Source: Methanoregula sp. (GTDB lineage: Archaea; Halobacteriota; Methanomicrobia; Methanomicrobiales; Methanospirillaceae). From it: a stretch of 64,000 nt of DNA. A program made the position numbers and the translations under genes. Below are positions 9,064 to 17,774 of this stretch, piece after piece. The stretch is taken from the NCBI GenBank assembly GCA_052325125.1, contig JBKQWO010000028.1. The stretch is one strand, 5' to 3'. Under the pieces are notes generated by a model. It ran no database searches. It was given only the letters and a program-made list of their open reading frames with translations, and was not told where the DNA came from. Numbering within the stretch: the stretch's first letter is position 1; each line of letters opens with the position of its first letter.

Positions 9064-9101
9064 GAAACCTTACGCGGCGGGGGCGAAAGCCCAAGAAGAG
9101 C
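9064..9101. repeat. copy of a dispersed intergenic motif (core AGCCCARGAAGAGCGTYTTAT)
   Basis: gcggcgggggcgaaagcccaagaagagcgtcttattcc matches 23162-23202 at about 30 of 37 aligned positions (hand alignment). A weaker copy lies at 7422-7443. Confidence 0.5.
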
Positions 9102-9467
9102 GTCTTATTCCTGCGAGCCACCGTCGATCCACTCCCCTAGGGATCGGTTTCTCCGACGTAAAATTAAAAAACGCTCATAGCGGCCTCCGGGCGGTCGATC
9201 TCCCTATCAGATGACCAAATGGTCGATCCCAAAAACCCTGCCAACAGAAGCCCGCTATTGTGCAGGTTTAAGTGGCCTTTAAACCGGGGCTTTTTTAAAA
9301 ATAAGCGATTAAATCAGGATTTTCCCGGGGCGTGGACATCGGTTCCTGTGGAGATGGGATCCGGGGTCTGGAAACGGGAAATCAGAGACCAGATTGGGTC
9401 CGGATTTGGTGAGAGGGGGGTAGGATTGTGGGGTGGTGGTTTAGACTCAGGTTACTGAATAACACCG

Positions 9468-10943
9468 TTATTCTGTTTTCTTCTTCTCTGCCTGCCGGTC
9501 CTTCTCCCGGTACCCTTCGAGCAAAACCGTCATGATGTTTTTCACCGGCTTGTCCGAATGGCTCGCGATATGGAACTCGCAGAACGGGCAGGAGGTGATC
9601 ACGACATCCGCACCGGTCTTTCTGATCTCTTCGCGTCGCTTCTCCCCGAGGGCTGCCGCTTCTTCGGGAAGGCCGGACTTCACCCCGCCGCCGGACCCGC
9701 AGCAGATGGCCGGCATCTCGACAAGATCGACTACCTGCCGGATCAGCTGCCGGGGCTCGTCTTTGATGTCCTGGCCCCGCATCAGGTGGCAGGGGTCATG
9801 GTAGGTCGCTTTCACCGGGAGCCGGGCCGGGGGCTCGATCCCGTATTTCGTGAGCACCTCGTTAATATCCATGACCCTGAACGGGGTGACATAATCGTGC
9901 TTGAGCGTCGAGCCGCACCCGGCACACATCGTCATCACGGTGTCGATCCCCCGGGTCTGGAACGCATCGATGTTGCGTTTCCTGAGCGTATCGATATAAT
10001 CCAGCTGGCCGGTACGGATTAAGGGTGAACCACAGCAGATCTGTTCGCGGGGGATGATCACGCGGATGCCGTTTCTTTTGAGTACCTCGATCGCGTCGAG
10101 TGCAGACTGCTGCTGGCGCAGGTTGTACATGCAGCCGACAAAGAATCCCACGGTGGCTTTCACCGGCCCGTACGGTTCGATAATCGTGCCTACCTGCTCC
10201 ATGAAAGACGGTGCGGTCCGGACAACGCTGCGGCCGGTCTCTTTGATAAGGGCTGCGACTTGAAGATGACGGGGGAGCGCGAACCCCTCCTTGTTTGCGA
10301 GCGCCCGGAGTTTTTCGATCGCTTTTCCCGGGATCTGGATATTCTTGGGGCAGACCTTCCAGCAGGCCTGGCAGCTCGTGCAGGTGAACAGGCCGTCCCG
10401 CACCGCATCCGGCACCCGGCACCCGGTGTCCCGCGGGTCGAGGGCAAGGCGCATCTCCTGCCTCATCGCGGTGGGCCCGAGAAATTTTGTTACGTCCATC
10501 GCGGGGCAGACCGAGACGCATGCCATGCATTCGATACAGTCCCTGAGCGGTTTTATTTCATCGATCTCAGCCTTGGCAGGGAGGCGTATTTCCCTCCCGG
10601 CTGCGGCCGGTTTCAGCGAAGCGATCTGCTGGATCTTCGGGAGAAGATCAACGATGAGGTCCTGCCTGACCGGCAGGTTCAGCGGCGCAATCGTGATACC
10701 GTCTTTTGCCTCCTCCATGCAGGCAAGCACCGGTTCCCCGTTCACCCGCACGGCGCAGCTTCCGCACTGCCCGGAGCCGCAGCAGTACCGGTACGCGAGC
10801 GTGGGATCGATGGTGTCGTGGATCGCATGCAGGATGTGGAGGACCCGGGCGCCTTCATGTACGCTGACCGTGTAGGATTCTGGCCGGGGTGCTTTGTCCT
10901 TTTTCGGGTCAAACCGCTGGATCGTTACGTGCAGTTCCTTCAT
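9468..10943 (-). CDS. tfrB: thiol:fumarate reductase subunit B (SdhB-like Fe-S domain fused to an HdrD-like CCG domain)
   Basis: ORF 9468..11246 trimmed to MKELHVTIQRFDP, whose ATG overlaps the tfrA stop as ATGA (10940-10943). It has a 2Fe-2S motif (CCGSGQCGSCAV), 4Fe-4S motifs (CIECMACVSVCP, CTSCQACWKVCP) and two CCG motifs (ICCGSP, ICCGSGGG). Confidence 0.8.
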   Translation of the reverse strand: MKELHVTIQRFDPKKDKAPRPESYTVSVHEGARVLHILHAIHDTIDPTLAYRYCCGSGQCGSCAVRVNGEPVLACMEEAKDGITIAPLNLPVRQDLIVDLLPKIQQIASLKPAAAGREIRLPAKAEIDEIKPLRDCIECMACVSVCPAMDVTKFLGPTAMRQEMRLALDPRDTGCRVPDAVRDGLFTCTSCQACWKVCPKNIQIPGKAIEKLRALANKEGFALPRHLQVAALIKETGRSVVRTAPSFMEQVGTIIEPYGPVKATVGFFVGCMYNLRQQQSALDAIEVLKRNGIRVIIPREQICCGSPLIRTGQLDYIDTLRKRNIDAFQTRGIDTVMTMCAGCGSTLKHDYVTPFRVMDINEVLTKYGIEPPARLPVKATYHDPCHLMRGQDIKDEPRQLIRQVVDLVEMPAICCGSGGGVKSGLPEEAAALGEKRREEIRKTGADVVITSCPFCEFHIASHSDKPVKNIMTVLLEGYREKDRQAEKKKTE

Positions 10944-12568
10944 GCCGCCACCTTCCGCCCCTCGATCCCCTCGCGGTTTTTCGAGATGTACGTGTGGCCG
11001 TAGGGCGAATGCGCCGCGTCCCATTCCTGCACAATGTCGATCCGCATGTGGGCGCCCCGGGATTCGGGCCGGATCAGGGCCGAACGGCAGATGAGCGAGG
11101 CCGTCAGGCACATATTCTCCACGATACAGCAGTCCGCAAGGTTCTTTTGCGACACGGCTTTGAGCGGCGCCTGCATGAGCCGGTCTGCAGTTGCCAGCGC
11201 ATTTTTGAGCCCAGCCTCGTCCCGGAATATCCCGGCACCCTTCCACATCGCATGCTGGAGTTCATCCCGGGCCATGGCCGGGTTTTCCGTGCCGGAAAGG
11301 AACCGGTCGAGACGCTTTTCTGCTCCTGCGATCTGCGCCGGGTCGATCTTCTTTACCCGCTTTTCCGTTCGGGCTGCAGATTCCCCGGCGCGTTTCCCGA
11401 AGACCTGCGTGTCGGCAAGGGCATTCCCGCCAAGACGGTTCGCGCCCTGCACGCCCCCGGCCGATTCGCCGCAGGCAAAGAGTCCCGAGAGCGTTGTCCG
11501 GCATTCTGGCGTGATCTTTAGTCCGCCCATAATGTGGTGGGCGGTCGGGGCAACCTCCATGGGCTCGGTCCGGATGTCCACGCCAAACTTGAGGAACTGT
11601 TCGAGCATCACCGGCAGCCGGGTCTCAATCTGCTCTTTTGGCAGGTGGGTCACATCGAGCCAGACCCCGCCGCGTTCCGTGCCCCGGCCGTTTGCGATCT
11701 CGGTTGCAATCGCCCGGGCGACCACGTCCCGGGTCGAGAGCTCCATCCGGTCGGGGTCGTATCTTTTCATGAACCGTTCGCCGAGCCGGTTTACAAGGAT
11801 GCCCCCCTCACCCCGGACCGCTTCGGTGATGAGCCTGCCCCGGGCATCGTACGGGTACACCGCACCGGTCGGATGGAACTGGATCATCTCCATGTCGATG
11901 AGTTCTGCCCCCGCCCGGTACGCCATCGCAAACCCGTCCCCGGTCCCGCTCGATGAATTGGTCGAGACATCATACACCCGTGTCCCACCGCCGGTTGCAA
12001 GGATCGTGCTGTCGGCTTTGAGAACCACCAGCGCACCGTTCTCGTCCAGTGCCATCGCTCCTGCGACCCGGTCGCCATCTTTAAGGAGATCGATCACGGT
12101 CACCTCTTCCAGTTTTGGGACCTCCGCAGCATCGAGCTGCTCGACCAGTGTCGTCATCATCTCGTGACCGGTCCTGTCGCCGGCGTAGCAGGTCCGGGGG
12201 AACCGCTGGCCACCGAACGGGCGCTGGGCGACCTCGTTATTTTCCGTGAAGTCAAAAACCGCCCCCCACCGGATGAGGTCGTCCATGCGCAGCGGGGATT
12301 CCTTCACGAGAATCTTTACGAGCTCCGGGTCATTGAGGTAGGCCCCTCCCCTGAGCGTATCCTCGTAGTGGATCTCGCAGGAGTCCTCCTCGCGCAGCAC
12401 CGCGTTGTAGCCTCCTTCGGCCATGGTGGTGCATCCTCCCTTTCCCGCGATGGTTTTCGAAACAAGCACGGTGTCACCGTACGGTGCAGCCTCGATCGCC
12501 GCCCGTACTCCCGCACCACCGCTGCCGATCACCAGCACATGGCAGTCCACCACGTCATCTGCACGCAT
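10940..12568 (-). CDS. tfrA: thiol:fumarate reductase subunit A (fumarate reductase/succinate dehydrogenase flavoprotein family)
   Basis: 542 aa. It has an N-terminal FAD fold (VLVIGSGGAGVRAAIEA) and conserved FRD/SDH flavoprotein blocks (HPTG, HHIMGG). It is coupled to tfrB. Confidence 0.8.
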   Translation of the reverse strand: MRADDVVDCHVLVIGSGGAGVRAAIEAAPYGDTVLVSKTIAGKGGCTTMAEGGYNAVLREEDSCEIHYEDTLRGGAYLNDPELVKILVKESPLRMDDLIRWGAVFDFTENNEVAQRPFGGQRFPRTCYAGDRTGHEMMTTLVEQLDAAEVPKLEEVTVIDLLKDGDRVAGAMALDENGALVVLKADSTILATGGGTRVYDVSTNSSSGTGDGFAMAYRAGAELIDMEMIQFHPTGAVYPYDARGRLITEAVRGEGGILVNRLGERFMKRYDPDRMELSTRDVVARAIATEIANGRGTERGGVWLDVTHLPKEQIETRLPVMLEQFLKFGVDIRTEPMEVAPTAHHIMGGLKITPECRTTLSGLFACGESAGGVQGANRLGGNALADTQVFGKRAGESAARTEKRVKKIDPAQIAGAEKRLDRFLSGTENPAMARDELQHAMWKGAGIFRDEAGLKNALATADRLMQAPLKAVSQKNLADCCIVENMCLTASLICRSALIRPESRGAHMRIDIVQEWDAAHSPYGHTYISKNREGIEGRKVAA

Positions 12569-12629
12569 ATTATAATTCTTTGCGTCGTATAGTTACATAA
12601 ATAAATGGTACATGCCAGAGTGAACCGAT

Positions 12630-14027
12630 ATGAGATTTCTGATGAAATTCGGCGGAACTTCCGTTGCCGATGCACAATGTATCCGATGCGTTGTTGACAT
12701 CCTTGAAAAACACCACAAGGCAGGAGACGAAGTGGCAGTCGTGGTCTCCGCGCAGCGTGGCGTGACCGACCAGCTCATCGCGATCGCAGAAAAACTTCCC
12801 ACCGCAACGGACTGCTCGGAGGTTGCGCCGCTCGTTGCCGCGCTCCGCAAACGGCACATGACCACTCTTGAAGGGGCTGCACCGGATTACCTCGAAGAAG
12901 TGGGAGCAGTTATTGAAAAGCGCCTCGCGAGTCTCCAGCACATTCTCTCTGCCATCCACAACCTGCGGGAGCTCACGCCCCGGTCGAAGGATTACGTCAT
13001 CTCGTACGGCGAACGGTTGCTCGCCCCGATTATCGGTGCAGCTCTTCGCCAGCGGGGCATCCCGTCGACCGTGCTTGACGGCTGCGAGGCCGGTATCCTC
13101 ACGACCCCCCAGCATGGCGAGGCAACCGCGCTCTGTGAGAGCGACGGGCGGATCAAAAAGAGAATCGAACCGCTCTTAAAGGAAGGGATCCCGGTCATCA
13201 TGGGGTTCATGGGCTGCACCGGAAGCGGGATCATCACGACACTCGGGCGGAGCGGATCGGATTATTCCGCGTCCATCATCGGTGCCGGGATGGATGCGGA
13301 CGAGATCTGGATCTGGACGGATGTCGATGGCATCATGACATCAGATCCACGGGTGATTAACGACGCCCGGGTCCTCAAAAGCGTGTCGTACATCGAGGTC
13401 ATGGAGCTCTCGTACTTCGGCGCCAAGGTGATGCACCCGCGTTCGATCGACCCGGCGATGAGAAAGAATATCCTTGTGCGGGTGAAAAACACGTTCAACC
13501 CCGGCGCTCCCGGTACCATGATCGTGAGAAACGGCCACCGGGACAGCCGCGTTGTAAAAGCGCTCACGTATATCGATAAGGTGGCTTCTATCAATATCAA
13601 CGGCGCCCAGATGATCGGCAGACCGGGGGTTGCCAAGGCAATTTTTACTGCGCTCGCCGATAAGGAAGTGAACGTGATGATGATCTCGCAGGGCTCAAGC
13701 GAGGCGAACATCTCGCTTATTGTTGACGAGTCGCACATTGATGCTGCGGTAAACGCGCTTGCTGCTCTCGTTAAAGACGGGGTTGTGCGCGAGGTGACGC
13801 ACAACAAGGACGTCTGCGCTGTTGCCGTGGTCGGGGCCGGTATGGCCGGCGCCGCAGGAACGGGCGGGCGGATTTTTACCGCACTTGGCCTGGCCGGCGT
13901 GAACGTGATGATGATCTCGCAGGGGTCAAGCGAGGCGAATATCTCGTTTGTGGTCAGGCAGGAGGACGGCCCGCGTGCGGTCCGGGTACTGCACGACGAG
14001 TTCCGGCTCTCGGAGGAATGCAATTGA
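12630..14027 (+). CDS. ask: aspartate kinase with two C-terminal ACT domains
   Basis: 465 aa with MKFGGTSVAD at the N-terminus (alternative start at 12642), a kinase core, and two VNVMMISQGSSEANIS ACT motifs. Confidence 0.9.
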   Translation: MRFLMKFGGTSVADAQCIRCVVDILEKHHKAGDEVAVVVSAQRGVTDQLIAIAEKLPTATDCSEVAPLVAALRKRHMTTLEGAAPDYLEEVGAVIEKRLASLQHILSAIHNLRELTPRSKDYVISYGERLLAPIIGAALRQRGIPSTVLDGCEAGILTTPQHGEATALCESDGRIKKRIEPLLKEGIPVIMGFMGCTGSGIITTLGRSGSDYSASIIGAGMDADEIWIWTDVDGIMTSDPRVINDARVLKSVSYIEVMELSYFGAKVMHPRSIDPAMRKNILVRVKNTFNPGAPGTMIVRNGHRDSRVVKALTYIDKVASININGAQMIGRPGVAKAIFTALADKEVNVMMISQGSSEANISLIVDESHIDAAVNALAALVKDGVVREVTHNKDVCAVAVVGAGMAGAAGTGGRIFTALGLAGVNVMMISQGSSEANISFVVRQEDGPRAVRVLHDEFRLSEECN

Positions 14028-15016
14028 CTGAGAATGAGTACCGCAACGCGGGAGTCGATATCGACCTTGAAGCGACCGCGATAAAAGCCCTGATAAAGAA
14101 CCTGAGTTTCCACAGGAAGGGCAATTATACGATGCTCGGGAGCGTCGGGCATTTTGCCGGCCTGATCGATTTTGGCCCCAAAGCCCTTGCCCTCACCACC
14201 GATGGCGTGGGAACCAAGATGCTTGTCGCCGACCGGCTGCAGGACTGGAGCACGGTCGGGATCGACTGCATCGCGATGAACGTGAACGACCTCTACGTGA
14301 TGCACGTGGAGCCGATCGCGTTTGTGGACTATATCGCAACCGACCGGCTCTCGGTGGAAAAGATGGCGCAGATCGGCCTTGGCCTTAACGAGGGAGCCCG
14401 GCAGGCAAATATCGACATCGTGGGTGGCGAGACTGCGTCGCTCAAGGGTCTGGTAAACGGCCTCGACCTTGCCGGTACCTGCATGGGGGTTCAGGCCAAG
14501 GACAGGATCGTGACCGGGGAGAAGATCCGGCCCGGTGACATGATCGTCGGCGTTCCCTCCACGGGGATTCACAGCAACGGCCTCTCGCTTGCACGAAACG
14601 TTGTGGAGAAATACGCGGACTACGATGAAAAGCTGTCCAATGGAAAGACACTTGGCCGGGAACTTCTTACACCAACCCGGATCTACCATGAGAGCCTTAA
14701 CATCGCCGATACCTGCACGGTGCATGGGATGTGCCACATCACGGGCGGAGGCCTGCTGAACTTCCTGCGGCTCTCAAAATTCGGGTTCCGGTTCGACGCC
14801 CCGCTCCAGCCGCCCGGGATCTTCCGGTGGATCCAAGAAACCGGCAGGATTTCCACGGTCGAGATGTACCGCACCTTCAACATGGGGATGGGGTATGCCT
14901 ATGTCGTGCCACCGGCGTCGGTGGAAACGGTGACAAAGGCAGTCGACGGCGCCCGGGTGGTCGGGGAAGTTATCGAGAAACCCGGTGCGTGGCTCGGGGA
15001 TGTGCAGGTTACATAA
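14018..15016 (+). CDS. purM: phosphoribosylformylglycinamidine cyclo-ligase (AIR synthetase)
   Basis: 332 aa with YRNAGVDIDLE, GHFAGLIDFG and LALTTDGVGTKMLVA, typical of PurM. It overlaps the aspartate kinase stop by 10 nt. Confidence 0.9.
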   Translation: MQLTENEYRNAGVDIDLEATAIKALIKNLSFHRKGNYTMLGSVGHFAGLIDFGPKALALTTDGVGTKMLVADRLQDWSTVGIDCIAMNVNDLYVMHVEPIAFVDYIATDRLSVEKMAQIGLGLNEGARQANIDIVGGETASLKGLVNGLDLAGTCMGVQAKDRIVTGEKIRPGDMIVGVPSTGIHSNGLSLARNVVEKYADYDEKLSNGKTLGRELLTPTRIYHESLNIADTCTVHGMCHITGGGLLNFLRLSKFGFRFDAPLQPPGIFRWIQETGRISTVEMYRTFNMGMGYAYVVPPASVETVTKAVDGARVVGEVIEKPGAWLGDVQVT

Positions 15017-15428
15017 ACGGGCAGGTTTTTTCGCCGGAATTTCCCTAAAAAACGTTTTTTTGTCCTTTTCCTGACAAGAGAATTCCCCAAAAGAACTTCC
15101 TGTTTTAATTCTCTCTCATTTGTGTCTCCGGAATGCGCTTTTCTCCAGGATCGAAGGTAATTTAATTAACCAATATCATCAAGCCACTAGTATTCAGGTC
15201 TGCCCCGGTGAGTACTTCAGGATCCTGATATGGTTGGTTTCGCAGCAGGATCCATTTACCTAGCGCAAATTGTGGTTCGGATAAAAGATTTTGCAGATCT
15301 GAACAGGTAAATACGCAATGCTGCACGGAACAATCCTGCAGAGGATGTGTCTGATTGTATCTGGTATTACAAATTCCGCAAACGACCGGCCGGGCAGGCC
15401 GTAGGTACCAATTGCACCGGAGTGGATT

Positions 15429-17774
15429 ATGACAGAAGTTCTCAACCCAAAAGAGCAGATGCTGGTCGCGGTTGTCGATGATATGCACATGACCGACACC
15501 CCGCAGGGCCGTGCCATCAGGAGGATCATGGACGGGATCCGGCAGTTCGGGATTCGGGTGGGTGACGTTTCCTCTCCGAACGATGCCCGTGCGGCATATT
15601 CCGCCCTTGCCGAGATCGATTGTATCCTCATTAACTGGAACGTAGGTGGCGGTTCGCCGAAAAGGCATGCCGAGACAACACGGCTCATTCGGGAAATCAG
15701 GGAAAGAAATGAGAAGGTGCCTATCTTTCTCCTGGGGGAACCGACCAATGCCGCCCCGACTGACATGACCATCGACATGGTAAAAGAGATCAATGAGTAT
15801 ATCTGGGTGATGGAGGATACGCCGGCGTTTATCGCAGGCCGGATCACCGCAGCGGCGAAACGGTACCGCGAACATCTGCTTCCACCCTTCTTTGGGGAAC
15901 TGGTGAAGTTTTCAAAGGACTTTGAATATTCCTGGCATACCCCGGGCCATGCCGGCGGCACCGCGTTCATGAAGTCCCCGGCCGGGCGTGTGTTCCACGA
16001 TTTCTTCGGGGAGCAGCTCTTCCGCTCGGACCTCTCGATATCGGTCGGCGAACTGGGATCGCTGCTTGACCACTCCGGGCCGGTGGGCGAAGCGGAAAGA
16101 TACGCAGCGAAGGTCTTTGGCGCCGATCAGACATATTTTGTAACAAACGGCACATCCACTGCAAACAAGATCGTCTTTTTTGGCCGGGTGACCAAAGACG
16201 ATGTCGTTCTTGTCGACAGGAACTGCCATAAGTCAAGCGAGCACGCGCTCACGATGACCCACTCGGTGGCAGTCTACCTCCAGCCGACCCGGAACCGGTA
16301 CGGGATCATCGGACCTATCCCTCCTCATGAAATGACACCAGCGGCCATCAAAACAAAAATTGCCGCATGCCCGCTCGCCAGGGGTCTCCCGAGTACAAAG
16401 CCCGTCCATGTGATCATCACCAATTCCACGTACGACGGTCTCTGCTACCATGCAAAGCAGGTCGAGGAAATGCTCGGGAAAAGCGTGGACAGCATTCACT
16501 TTGACGAGGCGTGGTATGCCTACGCACGGTTCAACCCGCTTTACAAGGACCGGTTTGCGATGCGGGATGGGGCAAAAGACAAAAACGGCCCGACCGTCTT
16601 TGCCACCCAGTCCACCCACAAGCTGCTTGCGGCCCTTTCCCAGGCCTCGATGGTACATATCAGGAACGGGAGGATCCCCATCGACCATAACCGGTTCAAC
16701 GAGGGATTCATGATGCACAGCTCCACCTCGCCGCTGTACACCATCATAGCATCCCTTGATGTCTCCTCAAAGATGATGGAAGGTGCATCCGGCAGGGTGC
16801 TCACGACAGAGTCCATTGAAGAGGCGATCCGGTTCCGGCGCACGATGGCACGGGTCAGTCACGAAATCGAAGGGAGCGCGAAAGGAAAGGGTGGCAAGCG
16901 AAAGGACTGGTGGTTCGGCATATGGCAGCCGGATATGGTTGTCGATCCAAAAACCAGAAAGAAGATTGCATTCCAGGATGCCCCCATTGATGTGCTCCGG
17001 GACAATCCCTCAGCGTGGGTACTCCACCCGGGCGAGAAGTGGCACGGCTTTTCCGGCCTCCCGGACAACTACTGCATGCTTGACCCGATCAAGGTTACGG
17101 TGCTCATGCCCGGTGTCAATGATGACGGGTCGCTTGCTGACTGGGGCATCCCGGCGGCAATCGTGGTCAAGTTCCTCGACACCCGGGGAATCGTCAACGA
17201 GAAGTCCGGGGACTACTGCATCCTGTTCCTTTTCTCCATGGGGATCACCAAGGGGAAGTGGGGCACGCTCGTCACTGAACTCTTCGAGTTCAAGCAGAAG
17301 TATTCGGAAAATGTTTTGCTTGAAGAGATGTTTCCCGACCTTACCGGCGGGTATCCCGATCGTTACACGGGCATGACCATCCAGGATCTTACCAGGGAAA
17401 TGCACGCATTCAAGAAGGAGCACAAGATGTGCGACCTGCTCCAGCAGGCATATGCCGTCCAGCCGGAACCGGTCGTTACCTATGCTGAATCGTTCTCAAA
17501 ACTGGTCAGAAACGAGGTCGATTACCTGCCCATTGAAAAGGCGGGAGATCGTATCGCGGCAACCGGCATCGTCCCGTATCCGCCCGGTATCCCCCTGCTG
17601 GCGCCCGGAGAAAAGACCGGGAAACTCAAAGAGCCGGTCCTCCAGTATCTCAAGTCCCTCCAGGACTTTGACAATGCCTTCCCGGGTTTTTCGCACGATA
17701 CCCATGGGGTCGAGAATGTGAACGGGAAGTACATGATGTACTGTATTAAAGATAAAAAGGGGAGAAAAGCATGA
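15429..17774 (+). CDS. large PLP-dependent Orn/Lys/Arg decarboxylase (AdiA/CadA/SpeF-type, fold I) with an N-terminal wing domain
   Basis: 781 aa. It has an N-terminal receiver-like wing (MLVAVVDDMHM...CILINWN), the PLP lysine motif ATQSTHKLLAALSQ and a long C-terminal domain. The substrate cannot be assigned from sequence alone. Confidence 0.85.
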   Translation: MTEVLNPKEQMLVAVVDDMHMTDTPQGRAIRRIMDGIRQFGIRVGDVSSPNDARAAYSALAEIDCILINWNVGGGSPKRHAETTRLIREIRERNEKVPIFLLGEPTNAAPTDMTIDMVKEINEYIWVMEDTPAFIAGRITAAAKRYREHLLPPFFGELVKFSKDFEYSWHTPGHAGGTAFMKSPAGRVFHDFFGEQLFRSDLSISVGELGSLLDHSGPVGEAERYAAKVFGADQTYFVTNGTSTANKIVFFGRVTKDDVVLVDRNCHKSSEHALTMTHSVAVYLQPTRNRYGIIGPIPPHEMTPAAIKTKIAACPLARGLPSTKPVHVIITNSTYDGLCYHAKQVEEMLGKSVDSIHFDEAWYAYARFNPLYKDRFAMRDGAKDKNGPTVFATQSTHKLLAALSQASMVHIRNGRIPIDHNRFNEGFMMHSSTSPLYTIIASLDVSSKMMEGASGRVLTTESIEEAIRFRRTMARVSHEIEGSAKGKGGKRKDWWFGIWQPDMVVDPKTRKKIAFQDAPIDVLRDNPSAWVLHPGEKWHGFSGLPDNYCMLDPIKVTVLMPGVNDDGSLADWGIPAAIVVKFLDTRGIVNEKSGDYCILFLFSMGITKGKWGTLVTELFEFKQKYSENVLLEEMFPDLTGGYPDRYTGMTIQDLTREMHAFKKEHKMCDLLQQAYAVQPEPVVTYAESFSKLVRNEVDYLPIEKAGDRIAATGIVPYPPGIPLLAPGEKTGKLKEPVLQYLKSLQDFDNAFPGFSHDTHGVENVNGKYMMYCIKDKKGRKA

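Noticed and set aside
13262-14737. 491-aa ORF on the minus strand
   Set aside because: It is entirely antisense to the well-supported aspartate kinase and purM genes. Its composition is biased (Ser/Ala/Thr/Pro/Arg-rich, low complexity), typical of spurious antisense frames in GC-rich DNA. The same reasoning applies to 11034..12167 (+, inside tfrA), 25780..27123 (-, inside the acyl-CoA ligase), 44129..45022 and 44487..45326 (-, inside the UbiD-like gene), 52174..52980 and 52682..53584 (-, inside atpB), 54798..55769 (-, alternative frame of atpI) and 59118..60974 (-, 618 aa inside polC).
15162-15970. Minus-strand ORFs of 237 and 236 aa upstream of and overlapping the decarboxylase start
   Set aside because: They overlap each other and the 5' part of the strongly supported decarboxylase gene. 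No motifs were found. The upstream part is better read as an AT-rich leader/promoter region.
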